Source: Pseudomonadota bacterium
GTDB taxonomy: Bacteria > Pseudomonadota > Gammaproteobacteria > Enterobacterales > Alteromonadaceae
Direction: 5' to 3'
DNA: 64,000 nt
NCBI GenBank assembly: GCA_051750845.1
Contig: JBNJKC010000002.1
Location: forward strand, 31,910 to 95,909
This document shows, in pieces, positions 1-12,283 of this stretch. The notes under the pieces were generated by a model. It made no database searches. It was not told where the DNA came from and worked only from the letters and a program-made list of their open reading frames with translations. A program made the translations under genes and the position numbers. Position 1 is the stretch's first letter; every line of letters begins with the position of its first letter.

Positions 1-980
1 CACTGCGATGCGTCCGGCAGTAAATCAAAGGCCAACAGTCCATAGTGCATAACTAAGGATGCGGCCACCAGACAGGTGAAAAGCATTAACGCAATATACA
101 GCGCCATTTTCCAGCCATAGTAGCGTGCATTAATTTTTAGCACCGGCAATACAATTAAGTCGGAGAAAATGAAAGCCATAACACCGGCAAAAGCAACGCC
201 CTCGCCAAACAAGACGGCAGCCAATGGAATGTTACCCATAGAGCCAATAAAGGTGAAAAATGCGGCTACCGGGCCCATTACCGCTTGTTGCAGTAACGAC
301 CAGAAGCCCGGCTCACCCTCAGTACCTACACCAATAAACAGCCACTCAAAAAACGCGCTCGGCACAAAAGCGGAAATAGCACCGGCGACAGTAAAGCCGA
401 GAAGTACGTCTTTCCAAACCATCTGCCATTCCATAACGTACTTTTGACCGACTTTTTGCCAGGTATCTGAGCTAAATAAATCCGATAATGTGCTCTCATG
501 TTGATGCTCGTCGTCATCTTCTTCGTCTTCTTTTCGAGCGTTTTTTATCAGGTTCTTGGGGTTGGTTAATGTAATAAACAGCCAGACGAATAAAATCAGC
601 AGCAACCCGCCAACGTATTCACCAACCACAAACTGCCAACCGAGGAAAATAGAAATAACAAAACCCAGTTCAATAACGAGGTTGGTGGAAGCCAGCATAA
701 AGGCCATTGAGGCACTGAATGCCGCACCTTTATTGAACAATGCCCGGGTAGTTGAAAGTGCAGCAAAACTGCAGGAACTGGAAATAAAACCAAAGAAGGT
801 GCCCAGCGACACCGATTTTAGGTCATTGCCGCCCATAGCCTTGCGCATTCGCCGCTTAGTGATAAGCACTTGAATTAGACTACTGATCAAATAACCTAAT
901 ACAAACGCCCATAAAGCCATCCAGAAAAAGCCCAGGCTGGTGTAAGCGGATTCGCCCCATAGTGATAAGAAATTTTCCAT
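1..980 (-). CDS. Predicted permease, DUF318/ArsP-like family (3' end runs off the window)
   Basis: Not in the ORF track. My manual translation from ATG 980 (RBS AAGGAG) is open to base 1: MENFLSLWGESAYTSLGFFWMALWAFVLGYLISS...FGFISSSCSFAALSTTRALFNKGA...ASTNLVIELG...EDEEDDDEHQHES...FIGSMGNIPLAAVLF. It has many TM segments and the SSCSFAA and STNLVIELG motifs I associate with this family. Confidence 0.75.
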   Translation of the reverse strand, partial: MENFLSLWGESAYTSLGFFWMALWAFVLGYLISSLIQVLITKRRMRKAMGGNDLKSVSLGTFFGFISSSCSFAALSTTRALFNKGAAFSASMAFMLASTNLVIELGFVISIFLGWQFVVGEYVGGLLLILFVWLFITLTNPKNLIKNARKEDEEDDDEHQHESTLSDLFSSDTWQKVGQKYVMEWQMVWKDVLLGFTVAGAISAFVPSAFFEWLFIGVGTEGEPGFWSLLQQAVMGPVAAFFTFIGSMGNIPLAAVLFGEGVAFAGVMAFIFSDLIVLPVLKINARYYGWKMALYIALMLFTCLVAASLVMHYGLLAFDLLPDASQ

Positions 981-1119
981 GATAGCTCCTTTTACTTGAA
1001 GCCCACCTTCAGTTCCTGCTCATGTCCATGATGGGCATTTTCTGGTTACTATTTACAGCCTACGTTATTCTCCGAAATTTGATCTCTACCTGAATGGACT
1101 TCTGTATCCGCTTTAAGTT

Positions 1120-1485
1120 CTAACATTGAGCGGTTAAGTAAATAATTAAGTAGTCTAAAAAGACGATTAAAGTGCAGCAAAGCAAGTGAGAAGCGACAAA
1201 GTTAAGTTTCAGAAAAAACTTACAAAAAACAGCGGTTATTACGACGTTAAGTAAAGCGATAAAATTAACAAACAGATAGAAAAACCAAATGAAAAGGCTG
1301 TCACCATAGGACTCGAACCAGCCCTTAATACCCTCTAGTGACTCCGTTTCACAACTTGAAGCCACTATGATTGAGCCTGCAAAAGTCTCTAGAAAAGGGC
1401 TCAGTATAGCCCCAAGAATAACTTGGAAAAGCAGATTCAGCAGTATAAAACCCACTGATTTTCGGTAGTCTTTCATCAGGTTCAC
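1120..1485 (-). CDS. Hypothetical small membrane protein (about 3 hydrophobic segments), AT-rich
   Basis: 121-aa ORF with GTG start (or ATG at 1476), Phe/Leu/Ile-rich. Low G+C: 39 of 120 bases at 1141-1260. No recognisable family. Confidence 0.5.
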   Translation of the reverse strand: MNLMKDYRKSVGFILLNLLFQVILGAILSPFLETFAGSIIVASSCETESLEGIKGWFESYGDSLFIWFFYLFVNFIALLNVVITAVFCKFFLKLNFVASHLLCCTLIVFLDYLIIYLTAQC

Positions 1486-1494
1486 AGAGTGTTA

Positions 1495-1709
1495 CTAATT
1501 CCATCCAACCAGAGTAACAGGTATTTCACCACCGGTGTACTCGAACTCGACTTCAACAAGACCACCGCTATCGGCAATAGCTACCAAGGCGTCGCAATCT
1601 CTGTTGTCAGCGCAAAAGAACTCATATTGATAAAAGCCATAAACTCCAAACTTTGAAAAGGCGTACTTTGAGAATCTACAGACTGTCTAGTGAAAGTTGG
1701 GAAGTCCAT
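1495..1709 (-). pseudogene. Possible frameshifted small gene or C-terminal gene fragment
   Basis: ATG at 1709 with RBS-like AGGA opens 42 codons (MDFPTFTRQSVDSQ...). An overlapping frame at 1686-1495 has 63 stop-free codons without a start (...SKYAFSKFGVYGFYQYEFFCADNRDCDALVAIADSGGLVEVEFEYTGGEIPVTLVGWN) and ends 9 bp before the membrane ORF. Confidence 0.3.
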
Positions 1710-1802
1710 ATAGTCCTGCTTAAACAGTTATCTAATCACATTAATACAAATTCACTGTGTTTACAGGTAAAGATATTGGATAGCTCACAAGCAGCTCAAT
1801 AT

Positions 1803-1846
1803 TTAAGATCTTTAATGTTTATTAAGAACTTTAATGTACGCCGACA
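1803..1846 (-). mobile_element. Tn7-like transposon end inserted at attTn7
   Basis: Minus strand reads TGT-CGGCG-T, then ACATTAAAGTTCTTAA (1837-1822) and ACATTAAAGATCTTAA (1818-1803): 15/16 identical, 19-bp period. The terminal TGT lies 24 bp past the glmS stop. This matches Tn7-family end architecture (TGT plus tandem TnsB sites) and the canonical target position. Confidence 0.75.
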
Positions 1847-1868
1847 AAAAAAGGGCCTTTCGGCCCTT
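1847..1868 (-). terminator. glmS intrinsic terminator
   Basis: Stem AAGGGCC/GGCCCTT with a GAAA loop on the minus strand, followed by a U-run that abuts the transposon TGT. Confidence 0.8.
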
Positions 1869-1870
1869 CC

Positions 1871-3703
1871 TTATTCAACAGTGACTGACTTGGCCAGGTT
1901 TCTGGGCTGGTCCACATCCGTGCCTTTAATTAGGGCAACATAGTAAGATAACAGCTGTAATGGAACGGTATAGACAATAGGTGCTATCACTTCGTCGCAA
2001 TGGCAGACGTTAAGCACATTTAACGACTCATCGCCTTTGAAGCGGGCGTTTTTGTCGGCAAAAACATACATTAAACCGCCACGAGCACGAACCTCTTCAA
2101 CATTCGATTTCAGCTTTTCCAGCAAATCGTTGTTCGGTGCTACGACAATAACCGGCATTTCATCGTCAATAAGTGCCAGTGGGCCGTGTTTTAGTTCACC
2201 AGCCGCGTATGCTTCGGCATGAATGTATGAAATTTCTTTCAGTTTTAACGCACCTTCCATAGCAATAGGGTATTGGTTACCACGCCCCAGGAACAGGCTA
2301 TGCTCCTTGTTCGCAAAGTCCTGCGCTAATTCTTCAATTTCATCGGCTAGTGACACCGCTTCTTCCAGCTTGGCTGGCAACGCCTGTAACGCATGAACAA
2401 CGGCTTGTTGCTGTTGCTCTGGCATGCCGCGGTATTTGCCAATACCTAAGGTCAGCATAAGCAGGCCGGTCAACTGAGTAGTAAAGGCTTTGGTTGATGC
2501 CACACCAATTTCCGCACCAGCACGGGTTAGAAAGGCCAGGTCGGATTCGCGTACCATAGACGAGGAGCCCACGTTACAAATGGTCAGGCTGCCTTTATAA
2601 CCAAGCTTTTTAGATAAACGCAGTGCAGCTAAGGTGTCTGCGGTCTCACCACTTTGGGAAATGGTCACTAACAAGCTGTTCGGGTGAACATAAGACTTAC
2701 GGTAGCGAAACTCTGAGGCAATTTCGACATTGCACGACACATTCCCCATAGACTCCAGCCAGTAGCGCGCCACCATACCTGCATGGTAACTGGTACCACA
2801 GGCAACTATTTGAACGTGTTCAATGTCTTTTAAGATACTCGCGGCATCTTCACCAAAAGCGTTATCCAACACGGTAGTTTCCGACAAGCGGCCTTCCAGT
2901 GTGTTACGAACGGCAATAGGCTGCTCGTAAATTTCTTTTAGCATGAAGTGCCGATACTCGCCTTTACCGCCTGCGTCATAGCTGACGTCGGACTCAATAA
3001 TCTCCCGTTTTACCGCTTTGCCTTCAGAATCGTAAATATCGATTTCAGTCCGGTTAATATCGGCGACATCGCCTTCTTCCAGATAGATAAACTGACGGGT
3101 CACCGGCAATAGAGCTAACTGGTCAGAAGCCACAAAATTCTCTCCAATACCAACACCTATAACCAACGGGCTTCCTGAGCGTGCAACTACTAAACGCTCC
3201 GGGTATTGAGTGTCCATAACCACGGTACCGTAAGCGCCTTCCAGCTGACGTACCGCCGACTTAACTGCAGCCAGTAGATCACCATGCGTTTTCCGCTCGT
3301 GGTGAATTAAGTGAGCGATTACTTCGGTGTCAGTCTGCGAGTTAAAGACATAACCTTCGGCTTTTAGCTCTTCACGCAGGCGTTCGTGGTTTTCAATAAT
3401 ACCGTTATGCACTACGGCAATTTCATCTTCAGAGCGATGGGGGTGGGCATTAGCTTCGGTCACACCTCCGTGCGTAGCCCAACGCGTATGTGCAATACCA
3501 ATAGTTCCGTCTAACGGGCTCTGGTCTATGGCGTCTTTAAGTTCCTGTACTTTACCGGTACGACGCACACTTTTTAAATGCTTATCAGCGTCAATAACAG
3601 CCACACCAGCCGAATCGTAACCCCGGTACTCCAGTCGTTTTAAGCCTTCCAGCAAAATACCTGTTACTCGACGTTCCGACGTCGCACCTACAATACCGCA
3701 CAT
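1871..3703 (-). CDS. glmS: Glutamine--fructose-6-phosphate aminotransferase
   Basis: N-terminal [15 protein letters not shown]-terminal [11 protein letters not shown]. Confidence 0.99.
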   Translation of the reverse strand: MCGIVGATSERRVTGILLEGLKRLEYRGYDSAGVAVIDADKHLKSVRRTGKVQELKDAIDQSPLDGTIGIAHTRWATHGGVTEANAHPHRSEDEIAVVHNGIIENHERLREELKAEGYVFNSQTDTEVIAHLIHHERKTHGDLLAAVKSAVRQLEGAYGTVVMDTQYPERLVVARSGSPLVIGVGIGENFVASDQLALLPVTRQFIYLEEGDVADINRTEIDIYDSEGKAVKREIIESDVSYDAGGKGEYRHFMLKEIYEQPIAVRNTLEGRLSETTVLDNAFGEDAASILKDIEHVQIVACGTSYHAGMVARYWLESMGNVSCNVEIASEFRYRKSYVHPNSLLVTISQSGETADTLAALRLSKKLGYKGSLTICNVGSSSMVRESDLAFLTRAGAEIGVASTKAFTTQLTGLLMLTLGIGKYRGMPEQQQQAVVHALQALPAKLEEAVSLADEIEELAQDFANKEHSLFLGRGNQYPIAMEGALKLKEISYIHAEAYAAGELKHGPLALIDDEMPVIVVAPNNDLLEKLKSNVEEVRARGGLMYVFADKNARFKGDESLNVLNVCHCDEVIAPIVYTVPLQLLSYYVALIKGTDVDQPRNLAKSVTVE

Positions 3704-3706
3704 AAG

Positions 3707-5077
3707 TTAACTTCCTTTTTTCGACTGTGGACGTTGCCATCCGCTGATATTACGCTGCTTGCCGCGGGCTACAGCCAGTTCGTCGTCTGCTACCGCCCGG
3801 GTAATGACCGAGCCGGCACCGACGGTTGCATTTTTACCAATGGAGACAGGCGCAACCAAGGAACTGTTTGAGCCTATAAAGGCGCCGTTGCCAATTTCGG
3901 TTTGCGCTTTATTCACACCATCGTAATTGCAGGTAATGGTACCTGCACCAATGTTCGCATACTCACCCACCTGGGTGTCGCCAAGATAGGTTAAATGGCT
4001 GGCCTTTGAGCCTTTACCTAAACGGCTTTTTTTCATTTCGACAAAGTTTCCGACCTGCGCTTCATCCGCAAGTTCCGCGCCGGGTCGCAACCGCGCAAAA
4101 GGACCGACTTTACAGCCTTTCGCAATTTTTGCATCTTCAATATGAGAGTTCGCACGAATAACCGTGTCGTCACCAATAACAGAGTTTCTTATGACACAGT
4201 TTGGCTCTATGACAACCCGGTCGCCCAGAACGACATTGCCTTCAAAAACCGCATTAATATCAATAGTGACGTCGCTGCCGGCACTCAATTTACCGCGGCA
4301 ATCAAAACGGGCAGGGTCAATTAAGGTCACGCCCTGGGTCATAAGCTCCTCTGCCTGACGCTGCTGCAACGCTCGCTCTAACGAAGCTAACTGTTGGCGG
4401 TTGTTGGCACCTTCCACTTCCTGGGCGTTGTCAGGCTGTGCAGTGGCAATATTCACGCCTTCCTGGGCGGCCATTTCAACAATATCGGTCAGGTAATATT
4501 CTTTCTGCGCGTTGTCATTGCTGAGTTGCTCAAGCCAGGCTTTTAGCTTGTCACTGTCAGCAATCATAATGCCGGTGTTTACTTCGTTTATAGCCAGCTG
4601 CTGGGCATTTGCGTCCTTTTGCTCAACAATACCAGTTACGCTGCGACGTTCATTACGCACAATACGGCCATAACCTGTAGGCTCGGCAAGCGTCATAGTC
4701 AGCAAACCAAGCGAGGTGTTTGCGCTGGCGGTTACCAGTTTAATTAAGGTGGATTCTGTCAGCAGCGGCACGTCACCATACAAAATAATGACTTTTTCAT
4801 TCCTTTTAAGGTGCGGGATAACCTGTTGAACGGCGTGACCAGTACCCAATTGTTCACGTTGCTCTACCCAGGTTAAGTCATCGCCCGCGATAGCTTGCTG
4901 CAGCTGATTTCCACCGTGACCATAAATTAAATTAATGGCATCTGGCTTTAATGACCTGGCAGTATCAATAACGTGCTCTACCATAGGCTTATTAGCCACT
5001 TTATGCAGCACTTTGGGTAAGTCTGAACGCATGCGGGTTCCTTTCCCTGCGGCCAGAATAACAACGCGTAACTTCAT
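3707..5077 (-). CDS. glmU: Bifunctional UDP-GlcNAc pyrophosphorylase / glucosamine-1-P acetyltransferase
   Basis: LAAGKGTRM motif, hexapeptide repeats, GAGTITCNYDG. Confidence 0.99.
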   Translation of the reverse strand: MKLRVVILAAGKGTRMRSDLPKVLHKVANKPMVEHVIDTARSLKPDAINLIYGHGGNQLQQAIAGDDLTWVEQREQLGTGHAVQQVIPHLKRNEKVIILYGDVPLLTESTLIKLVTASANTSLGLLTMTLAEPTGYGRIVRNERRSVTGIVEQKDANAQQLAINEVNTGIMIADSDKLKAWLEQLSNDNAQKEYYLTDIVEMAAQEGVNIATAQPDNAQEVEGANNRQQLASLERALQQRQAEELMTQGVTLIDPARFDCRGKLSAGSDVTIDINAVFEGNVVLGDRVVIEPNCVIRNSVIGDDTVIRANSHIEDAKIAKGCKVGPFARLRPGAELADEAQVGNFVEMKKSRLGKGSKASHLTYLGDTQVGEYANIGAGTITCNYDGVNKAQTEIGNGAFIGSNSSLVAPVSIGKNATVGAGSVITRAVADDELAVARGKQRNISGWQRPQSKKGS

Positions 5078-5142
5078 ATTAATGAGATCCTTAATTCAGT
5101 ATCGCTTGCAGCAGCTTTATTACGTACACCTATTGTAACGAC

Positions 5143-5178
5143 AAAAAAGGCCCTGTTGCACTAACAACAGGGCCTTTT
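5143..5178 (-). terminator. atp operon terminator
   Basis: Perfect 14-bp stem AAAAGGCCCTGTTG/CAACAGGGCCTTTT downstream of atpC, with a U-run on the minus strand. Confidence 0.85.
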
Positions 5179-5199
5179 ACATATTTTAACGCAGAAGTT

Positions 5200-5616
5200 T
5201 TAGCGCTTAAGCTTACGAATAACCTCAAGCTGAGCCAACGCGCGCGATAGCTCGGCGATTGCCTCTGCATAGGTCACATCTGCACTTGAGTCAGCAATGG
5301 CTTCTTCAGCACGTTTCTTCGCCGCTTCAGCTTCTTTCTCATCGAGATCGTCACCACGAACAGCAACGTCTGCTAGTACAATGACATGACCAGGCTGTAC
5401 TTCTAACACTCCACCGGCGACATACATAAGTTCTTCGTCACCCGCTTCGCTGACATACCGAACCATACCTGGTTTGATTTTTGTCAACAGGGGCGCGTGA
5501 CCTGGATAAATACCCAGTTCACCTTCGCTACCAGTGACCTGAACCGTTTGTACAACGCCTGAGAACAATTTGTCTTCAGCGCTAACAACGTCCAGATTTA
5601 ATGTTTGTGTTGCCAT
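5200..5616 (-). CDS. atpC: F0F1 ATP synthase epsilon subunit
   Basis: [17 protein letters not shown] motif; position in the operon. Confidence 0.98.
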   Translation of the reverse strand: MATQTLNLDVVSAEDKLFSGVVQTVQVTGSEGELGIYPGHAPLLTKIKPGMVRYVSEAGDEELMYVAGGVLEVQPGHVIVLADVAVRGDDLDEKEAEAAKKRAEEAIADSSADVTYAEAIAELSRALAQLEVIRKLKR

Positions 5617-5633
5617 TCAAACCTCCCGGTCGG

Positions 5634-7037
<1,404 letters not shown>

Positions 7038-7061
7038 TCAATTCTGTTAACCGTTGCCGCG

Positions 7062-7925
7062 TTATACCGCTTCGGCGCCGGACACGATTTCCGAAATTTC
7101 TTGCGTAATTGCTGCCTGACGCGCCTTGTTATATCGCAATTGTAATTGGTCAATAATGTCTTCGGCGTTGTCGGTTGCAGCTTTCATAGCAATCATCCGA
7201 GCGGCTTGCTCACTAGCAAAGTTATCCACTACGCCTTGGTACACTTGCATTTCTACGAAGCGACGAATTAGCGTATCCAGGATACTTTCCGGATTCGGCT
7301 CATACAGGTAATCCCAGCTACCTGTCTGTACTTCTTTTTCCGATCCTGCTTGCGGCAATGGCAACAATTGATGAATGGTCGGCTCCTGGGTCATCGTATT
7401 CACAAATTTATTGAATACAACGTACAAGCGATCGATTTTACCTTCTTCAAAGGCATCCAGCATAACCTGAATAGAACCGGTGATTTCTTTCAGCTCTGGC
7501 TTATCACCCATACCTGAAAATTGCGCCTGCAATTTACCAAAACGCTTGAAATAACCGGTTGCCTTACTGCCTATGGCGGCAAAATCCGCTTCAACATCTT
7601 GCTCTTTCCATTCGCTGGCATGCTTAACGACTTTCTTGAACTCGTTACCGTTCAAGCCGCCACACAAACCACGGTCGGTAGAAACAACGATGTAACCCAC
7701 ACGATTAACCTGACGTTCCTCCATAAATGGATGACGATATTCAAGGTTACCGCGCGCCACATGACCAATCACCTTGCGAATGGTGTCCGCATAAGGGCGA
7801 CTTGCCTCCATACGTTCCTGCGCCTTTTTCATCTTCGACGCAGCGACCATTTCCATAGCACTGGTGATCTTCTGAGTATTACCGATACTCGAGATCTGAG
7901 TTTTTATCTCTTTACCGCTGGCCAT
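7062..7925 (-). CDS. atpG: F0F1 ATP synthase gamma subunit
   Basis: [14 protein letters not shown]; [16 protein letters not shown]. Confidence 0.99.
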   Translation of the reverse strand: MASGKEIKTQISSIGNTQKITSAMEMVAASKMKKAQERMEASRPYADTIRKVIGHVARGNLEYRHPFMEERQVNRVGYIVVSTDRGLCGGLNGNEFKKVVKHASEWKEQDVEADFAAIGSKATGYFKRFGKLQAQFSGMGDKPELKEITGSIQVMLDAFEEGKIDRLYVVFNKFVNTMTQEPTIHQLLPLPQAGSEKEVQTGSWDYLYEPNPESILDTLIRRFVEMQVYQGVVDNFASEQAARMIAMKAATDNAEDIIDQLQLRYNKARQAAITQEISEIVSGAEAV

Positions 7926-7979
7926 GACGATTCTCCTGTTAACTCAACGACAAATGGCCGCTACTGCGGCCACGTGCGA

Positions 7980-9521
7980 TTACCATGATTGCGTTTGCTT
8001 GAATTTCTCAAGCGCCGCTTTCAATTGCGCATCGATGTCGTCGTTATAGTTGCCAGTTTTATCAATCTCAGCCATTAGCTCGGCGTATTCGCTCGCCATG
8101 AAAGATTGCAGCGATTCTTCAAAATCCATGATTTTGTCGATTTCTACGTCTTTCAAGAAGCCTTTTTCAACGGCATAAATTGATACAGCCATTTGAGACA
8201 CGCTCATAGGCTTATACTGTTTCTGTTTCATCAGTTCAGTAACACGCTGACCGTGCTCTAACTGTGAACGAGTCGATTCATCAAGGTCAGATGCGAACTG
8301 AGCGAACGCCGCCAATTCACGATACTGAGCCAGGGCAAGACGGATACCGCCACCCAGTTTCTTGATGATTTTGGTTTGTGCTGAACCACCAACACGAGAA
8401 ACCGAAACACCGGCGTTAACCGCAGGACGGATACCTGAGTTAAACAAGTCAGTTTCAAGGAAGATCTGACCATCGGTGATTGAGATAACGTTAGTCGGTA
8501 CGAACGCCGATACATCACCTGCCTGAGTTTCAATGATAGGTAAAGCAGTTAATGAGCCTGTCTGGCCTTTCACTTTACCGTCAGTGTATTTTTCTACGTA
8601 GTCGGCGTTAACACGCGCTGCACGCTCAAGTAAGCGAGAGTGGAGGTAGAAAACGTCACCAGGGAATGCTTCACGACCTGGCGGACGACGCAACAACAGT
8701 GAAATTTGACGGTATGCAACAGCCTGTTTAGACAGGTCATCGTAGACAATCAGAGCGTCTTCACCTCGATCACGGAAGTACTCACCCATGGTACAACCAG
8801 AGTAAGCTGCCAGATATTGCAGGGCTGCCGATTCAGAAGCAGAAGCTGCAACCACAATGGTGTTTTCCATTGCGCCGTGCTCTTCCAGCTTACGTACAAC
8901 AGCAGAGATGGTTGAGTTCTTCTGACCAATAGCTACGTATACACATTTAATACCAGAATCTTTCTGGTTGATAATAGCGTCTACGGCTAAAGCTGTTTTA
9001 CCTGTCTGACGGTCACCGATGATAAGCTCACGCTGACCACGACCTACTGGAATCATTGAGTCAATTGATTTGTAACCAGTTTGTACTGGCTGATCAACCG
9101 ATTGACGTTCAATAACGCCCGGGGCGATTTTTTCAACTGGCTCATAGCCGTCAGCTTCAATTGGACCTTTACCGTCGATAGGCTGACCTAGTGTGTTAAC
9201 CACACGACCCAACAGTTTTTCGCCAACCGGAACTTCCAGAATACGACCTGTAGATTTTACTTTGGTGCCTTCCTGCAAGTCTGCATAAGGACCCATAACA
9301 ACCGCACCAACAGAATCACGTTCAAGGTTTAGTGCGATAGCGTAACGATTACCAGGTAGCTCGACCATTTCACCTTGCAGACAGTCTGCAAGTCCGTGAA
9401 TGCGAATGATACCGTCTTGTACAGACATGATGGTACCTTCGTTGCGGGCTTCGCTGGTGACTTCGAACTTCTCAATTCGCTGTTTGATCAGTTCTGCGAT
9501 TTCATTTGAATTCAATTGCAT
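7980..9521 (-). CDS. atpA: F0F1 ATP synthase alpha subunit
   Basis: GDRQTGKT; [22 protein letters not shown]. Start placed at ATG 9521 (MQLNSNEI), behind GGGGA. Confidence 0.99.
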   Translation of the reverse strand: MQLNSNEIAELIKQRIEKFEVTSEARNEGTIMSVQDGIIRIHGLADCLQGEMVELPGNRYAIALNLERDSVGAVVMGPYADLQEGTKVKSTGRILEVPVGEKLLGRVVNTLGQPIDGKGPIEADGYEPVEKIAPGVIERQSVDQPVQTGYKSIDSMIPVGRGQRELIIGDRQTGKTALAVDAIINQKDSGIKCVYVAIGQKNSTISAVVRKLEEHGAMENTIVVAASASESAALQYLAAYSGCTMGEYFRDRGEDALIVYDDLSKQAVAYRQISLLLRRPPGREAFPGDVFYLHSRLLERAARVNADYVEKYTDGKVKGQTGSLTALPIIETQAGDVSAFVPTNVISITDGQIFLETDLFNSGIRPAVNAGVSVSRVGGSAQTKIIKKLGGGIRLALAQYRELAAFAQFASDLDESTRSQLEHGQRVTELMKQKQYKPMSVSQMAVSIYAVEKGFLKDVEIDKIMDFEESLQSFMASEYAELMAEIDKTGNYNDDIDAQLKAALEKFKQTQSW

Positions 9522-9535
9522 GCTCAAGTCCCCAA

Positions 9536-10069
9536 TTAGGATTGCAGTGCGTAGGCAAGTCTGTCGAGCTTGCCGCGCAAGGTGCCGTCAATAACGGTAT
9601 CACCAGCTTCTATAACAAGTCCGCCAATAATGGACTTGTCGACACTGCAGTTCAGCTTAATTTTGCGTTGCAGGCGCTTCTCAAGTGCTTTACTCAAAGC
9701 CGTTTGTTGTGCTTTCAGCAGTTTAACCGCTGACTTAACATCTACAGTGACTTCTTTGTCATGTTCAGCACGAAGCGTCTGATAGAGCTCACTAACCGCT
9801 GGAAGCACTGGCAGACGTTCATTTTCAGCCAGTACTTTAACGAAGTTCTTAGCGTTATCGTCGAGCTCGTCGCCGCAAACACCCAAGAAAACATCTGTCG
9901 TTTTTCCAACAGTCGAAGAGCTGCTCAAAAATGAGGCAATAGTCTCGTCTTGCGCTACCGCAGCAGCGAAGCTAAGCATTTCTGCCCACTTATCGAGCGC
10001 TCCCTGTTCTAAAGCAAAATCAAAAGCTGCTTTTGCGTAAGGGCGAGCGACCGTAGTCAGTTCTGACAT
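9536..10069 (-). CDS. atpH: F0F1 ATP synthase delta subunit
   Basis: [16 protein letters not shown]; GDTVIDG. Confidence 0.98.
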   Translation of the reverse strand: MSELTTVARPYAKAAFDFALEQGALDKWAEMLSFAAAVAQDETIASFLSSSSTVGKTTDVFLGVCGDELDDNAKNFVKVLAENERLPVLPAVSELYQTLRAEHDKEVTVDVKSAVKLLKAQQTALSKALEKRLQRKIKLNCSVDKSIIGGLVIEAGDTVIDGTLRGKLDRLAYALQS

Positions 10070-10086
10070 AAGCTCAAACCCCTTTA

Positions 10087-10557
10087 TTAAAGTTCAGCGA
10101 CCAGTTTTTCAACAATGTCGCTATGAGCGTCTTTATCAATTTCACGCTCAATGATTTTTTGAGCCCCAGACACCGCCAATACGGCGACTTGCTTACGCAG
10201 CTCTTCGCGAACGCGGTTACGCTCAGCAGTCACTTCTTCATGCCCAGACGCAACGATTTTTTCACGTTCTTCGTGGCCACGTTGAGTTTCTTCCTCAACA
10301 ATTTTAGCACCACGTTTTTTCGACTGTTCAATAATTTCAGCGGCTTGCTGTTTCGCTTCTTTGAGCTGCTCGGCAATTTCTTGCTGGGCTTTCTCTAAAT
10401 CTTTTTGAGCACGTTCACCGGCATTAAGGCCGTCAGCAATTTTCTTCTGACGTTCCTCAATAGCCTTGATGATCGGTGGCCATACAAATTTCATGCAGAA
10501 CCACACGAACACGGCAAACGCGATCGATTGTCCAATTAGAGTAGCGTTGATATTCAC
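10087..10557 (-). CDS. atpF: F0F1 ATP synthase subunit b
   Basis: [28 protein letters not shown]. Confidence 0.98.
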   Translation of the reverse strand: MNINATLIGQSIAFAVFVWFCMKFVWPPIIKAIEERQKKIADGLNAGERAQKDLEKAQQEIAEQLKEAKQQAAEIIEQSKKRGAKIVEEETQRGHEEREKIVASGHEEVTAERNRVREELRKQVAVLAVSGAQKIIEREIDKDAHSDIVEKLVAEL

Positions 10558-10594
10558 AACGGACCTCCTTCAGTTGGTGACCGTCGAATAACGA

Positions 10595-10876
<282 letters not shown>

Positions 10877-10917
10877 TTAAAGTTAAAAGTAAAGCTAAAA
10901 ACTTTTTGTTTAGAACA

Positions 10918-11727
<810 letters not shown>

Positions 11728-12114
11728 TTAGGTTGATTTTAAAAATAAAACCGGTGCTATCCACTGCATGGTGACGGCTATAACGAAACCAACCAATAAC
11801 CACACAGGATATAAATTTGTTACCAGCAGTGCGAGCATCAGCAGCAATGCTGTTAGCAGAAGCTTAACTCCTTCGCCTAAAAAGAAGCTCTGTACAACTT
11901 TCTGATTAGCGCGTGCACCTGCATGTTTAAAAGCAATAAGTGCAAATAATGCGTTGGGTATTACGGCGGTTAATCCACCACAAAGAATACCTAAAGCCGA
12001 CTGCGTATTTGATATTACTACCGTGACAAGTGCGGCAATTAAGACCACAATAAATTGTGTGCCTACTATTCTTCCTGCCAGCTTTTTACCTACCGCATTA
12101 AGTGCCTGTGTCAC
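11728..12114 (-). CDS. atpI: ATP synthase protein I
   Basis: Four-TM protein at the head of the atp operon; SFFLGEGVKLLL. Confidence 0.9.
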   Translation of the reverse strand: MTQALNAVGKKLAGRIVGTQFIVVLIAALVTVVISNTQSALGILCGGLTAVIPNALFALIAFKHAGARANQKVVQSFFLGEGVKLLLTALLLMLALLVTNLYPVWLLVGFVIAVTMQWIAPVLFLKST

Positions 12115-12181
12115 GACGAAAACCTTTTAACTGGCGGCTATTTTTCTGTGGCATTCACTTAGCCACAACGAAACTCGCGCT

Positions 12182-12209
12182 AGTATAAAGATCTGCCATG
12201 TAATTGCAA
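12182..12209 (-). promoter_or_regulatory. Putative sigma70 promoter of the atp operon
   Basis: TTGCAA-16-TATACT on the minus strand, about 70 bp upstream of atpI. Confidence 0.5.
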
Positions 12210-12283
12210 ACAAATTTGCCTGTAGGCAACGGTTTCTATGCCATTTAACAAAAGTTCTACAACAATCAATACATTGGAAATTA

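Noticed and set aside
1103-1125. TGT-ATCCG-CTTTAAGTTCTAAC as a possible opposite transposon end
   Set aside because: Only about 10/16 similarity to the repeat, wrong spacing from TGT, a single copy, and no AAAAA target duplication beside it.
1051-1128. 25-codon minus-strand ORF MLELKADTEVHSGRDQISENNVGCK overlapping the end of the membrane ORF
   Set aside because: No RBS, very short, no recognisable similarity.
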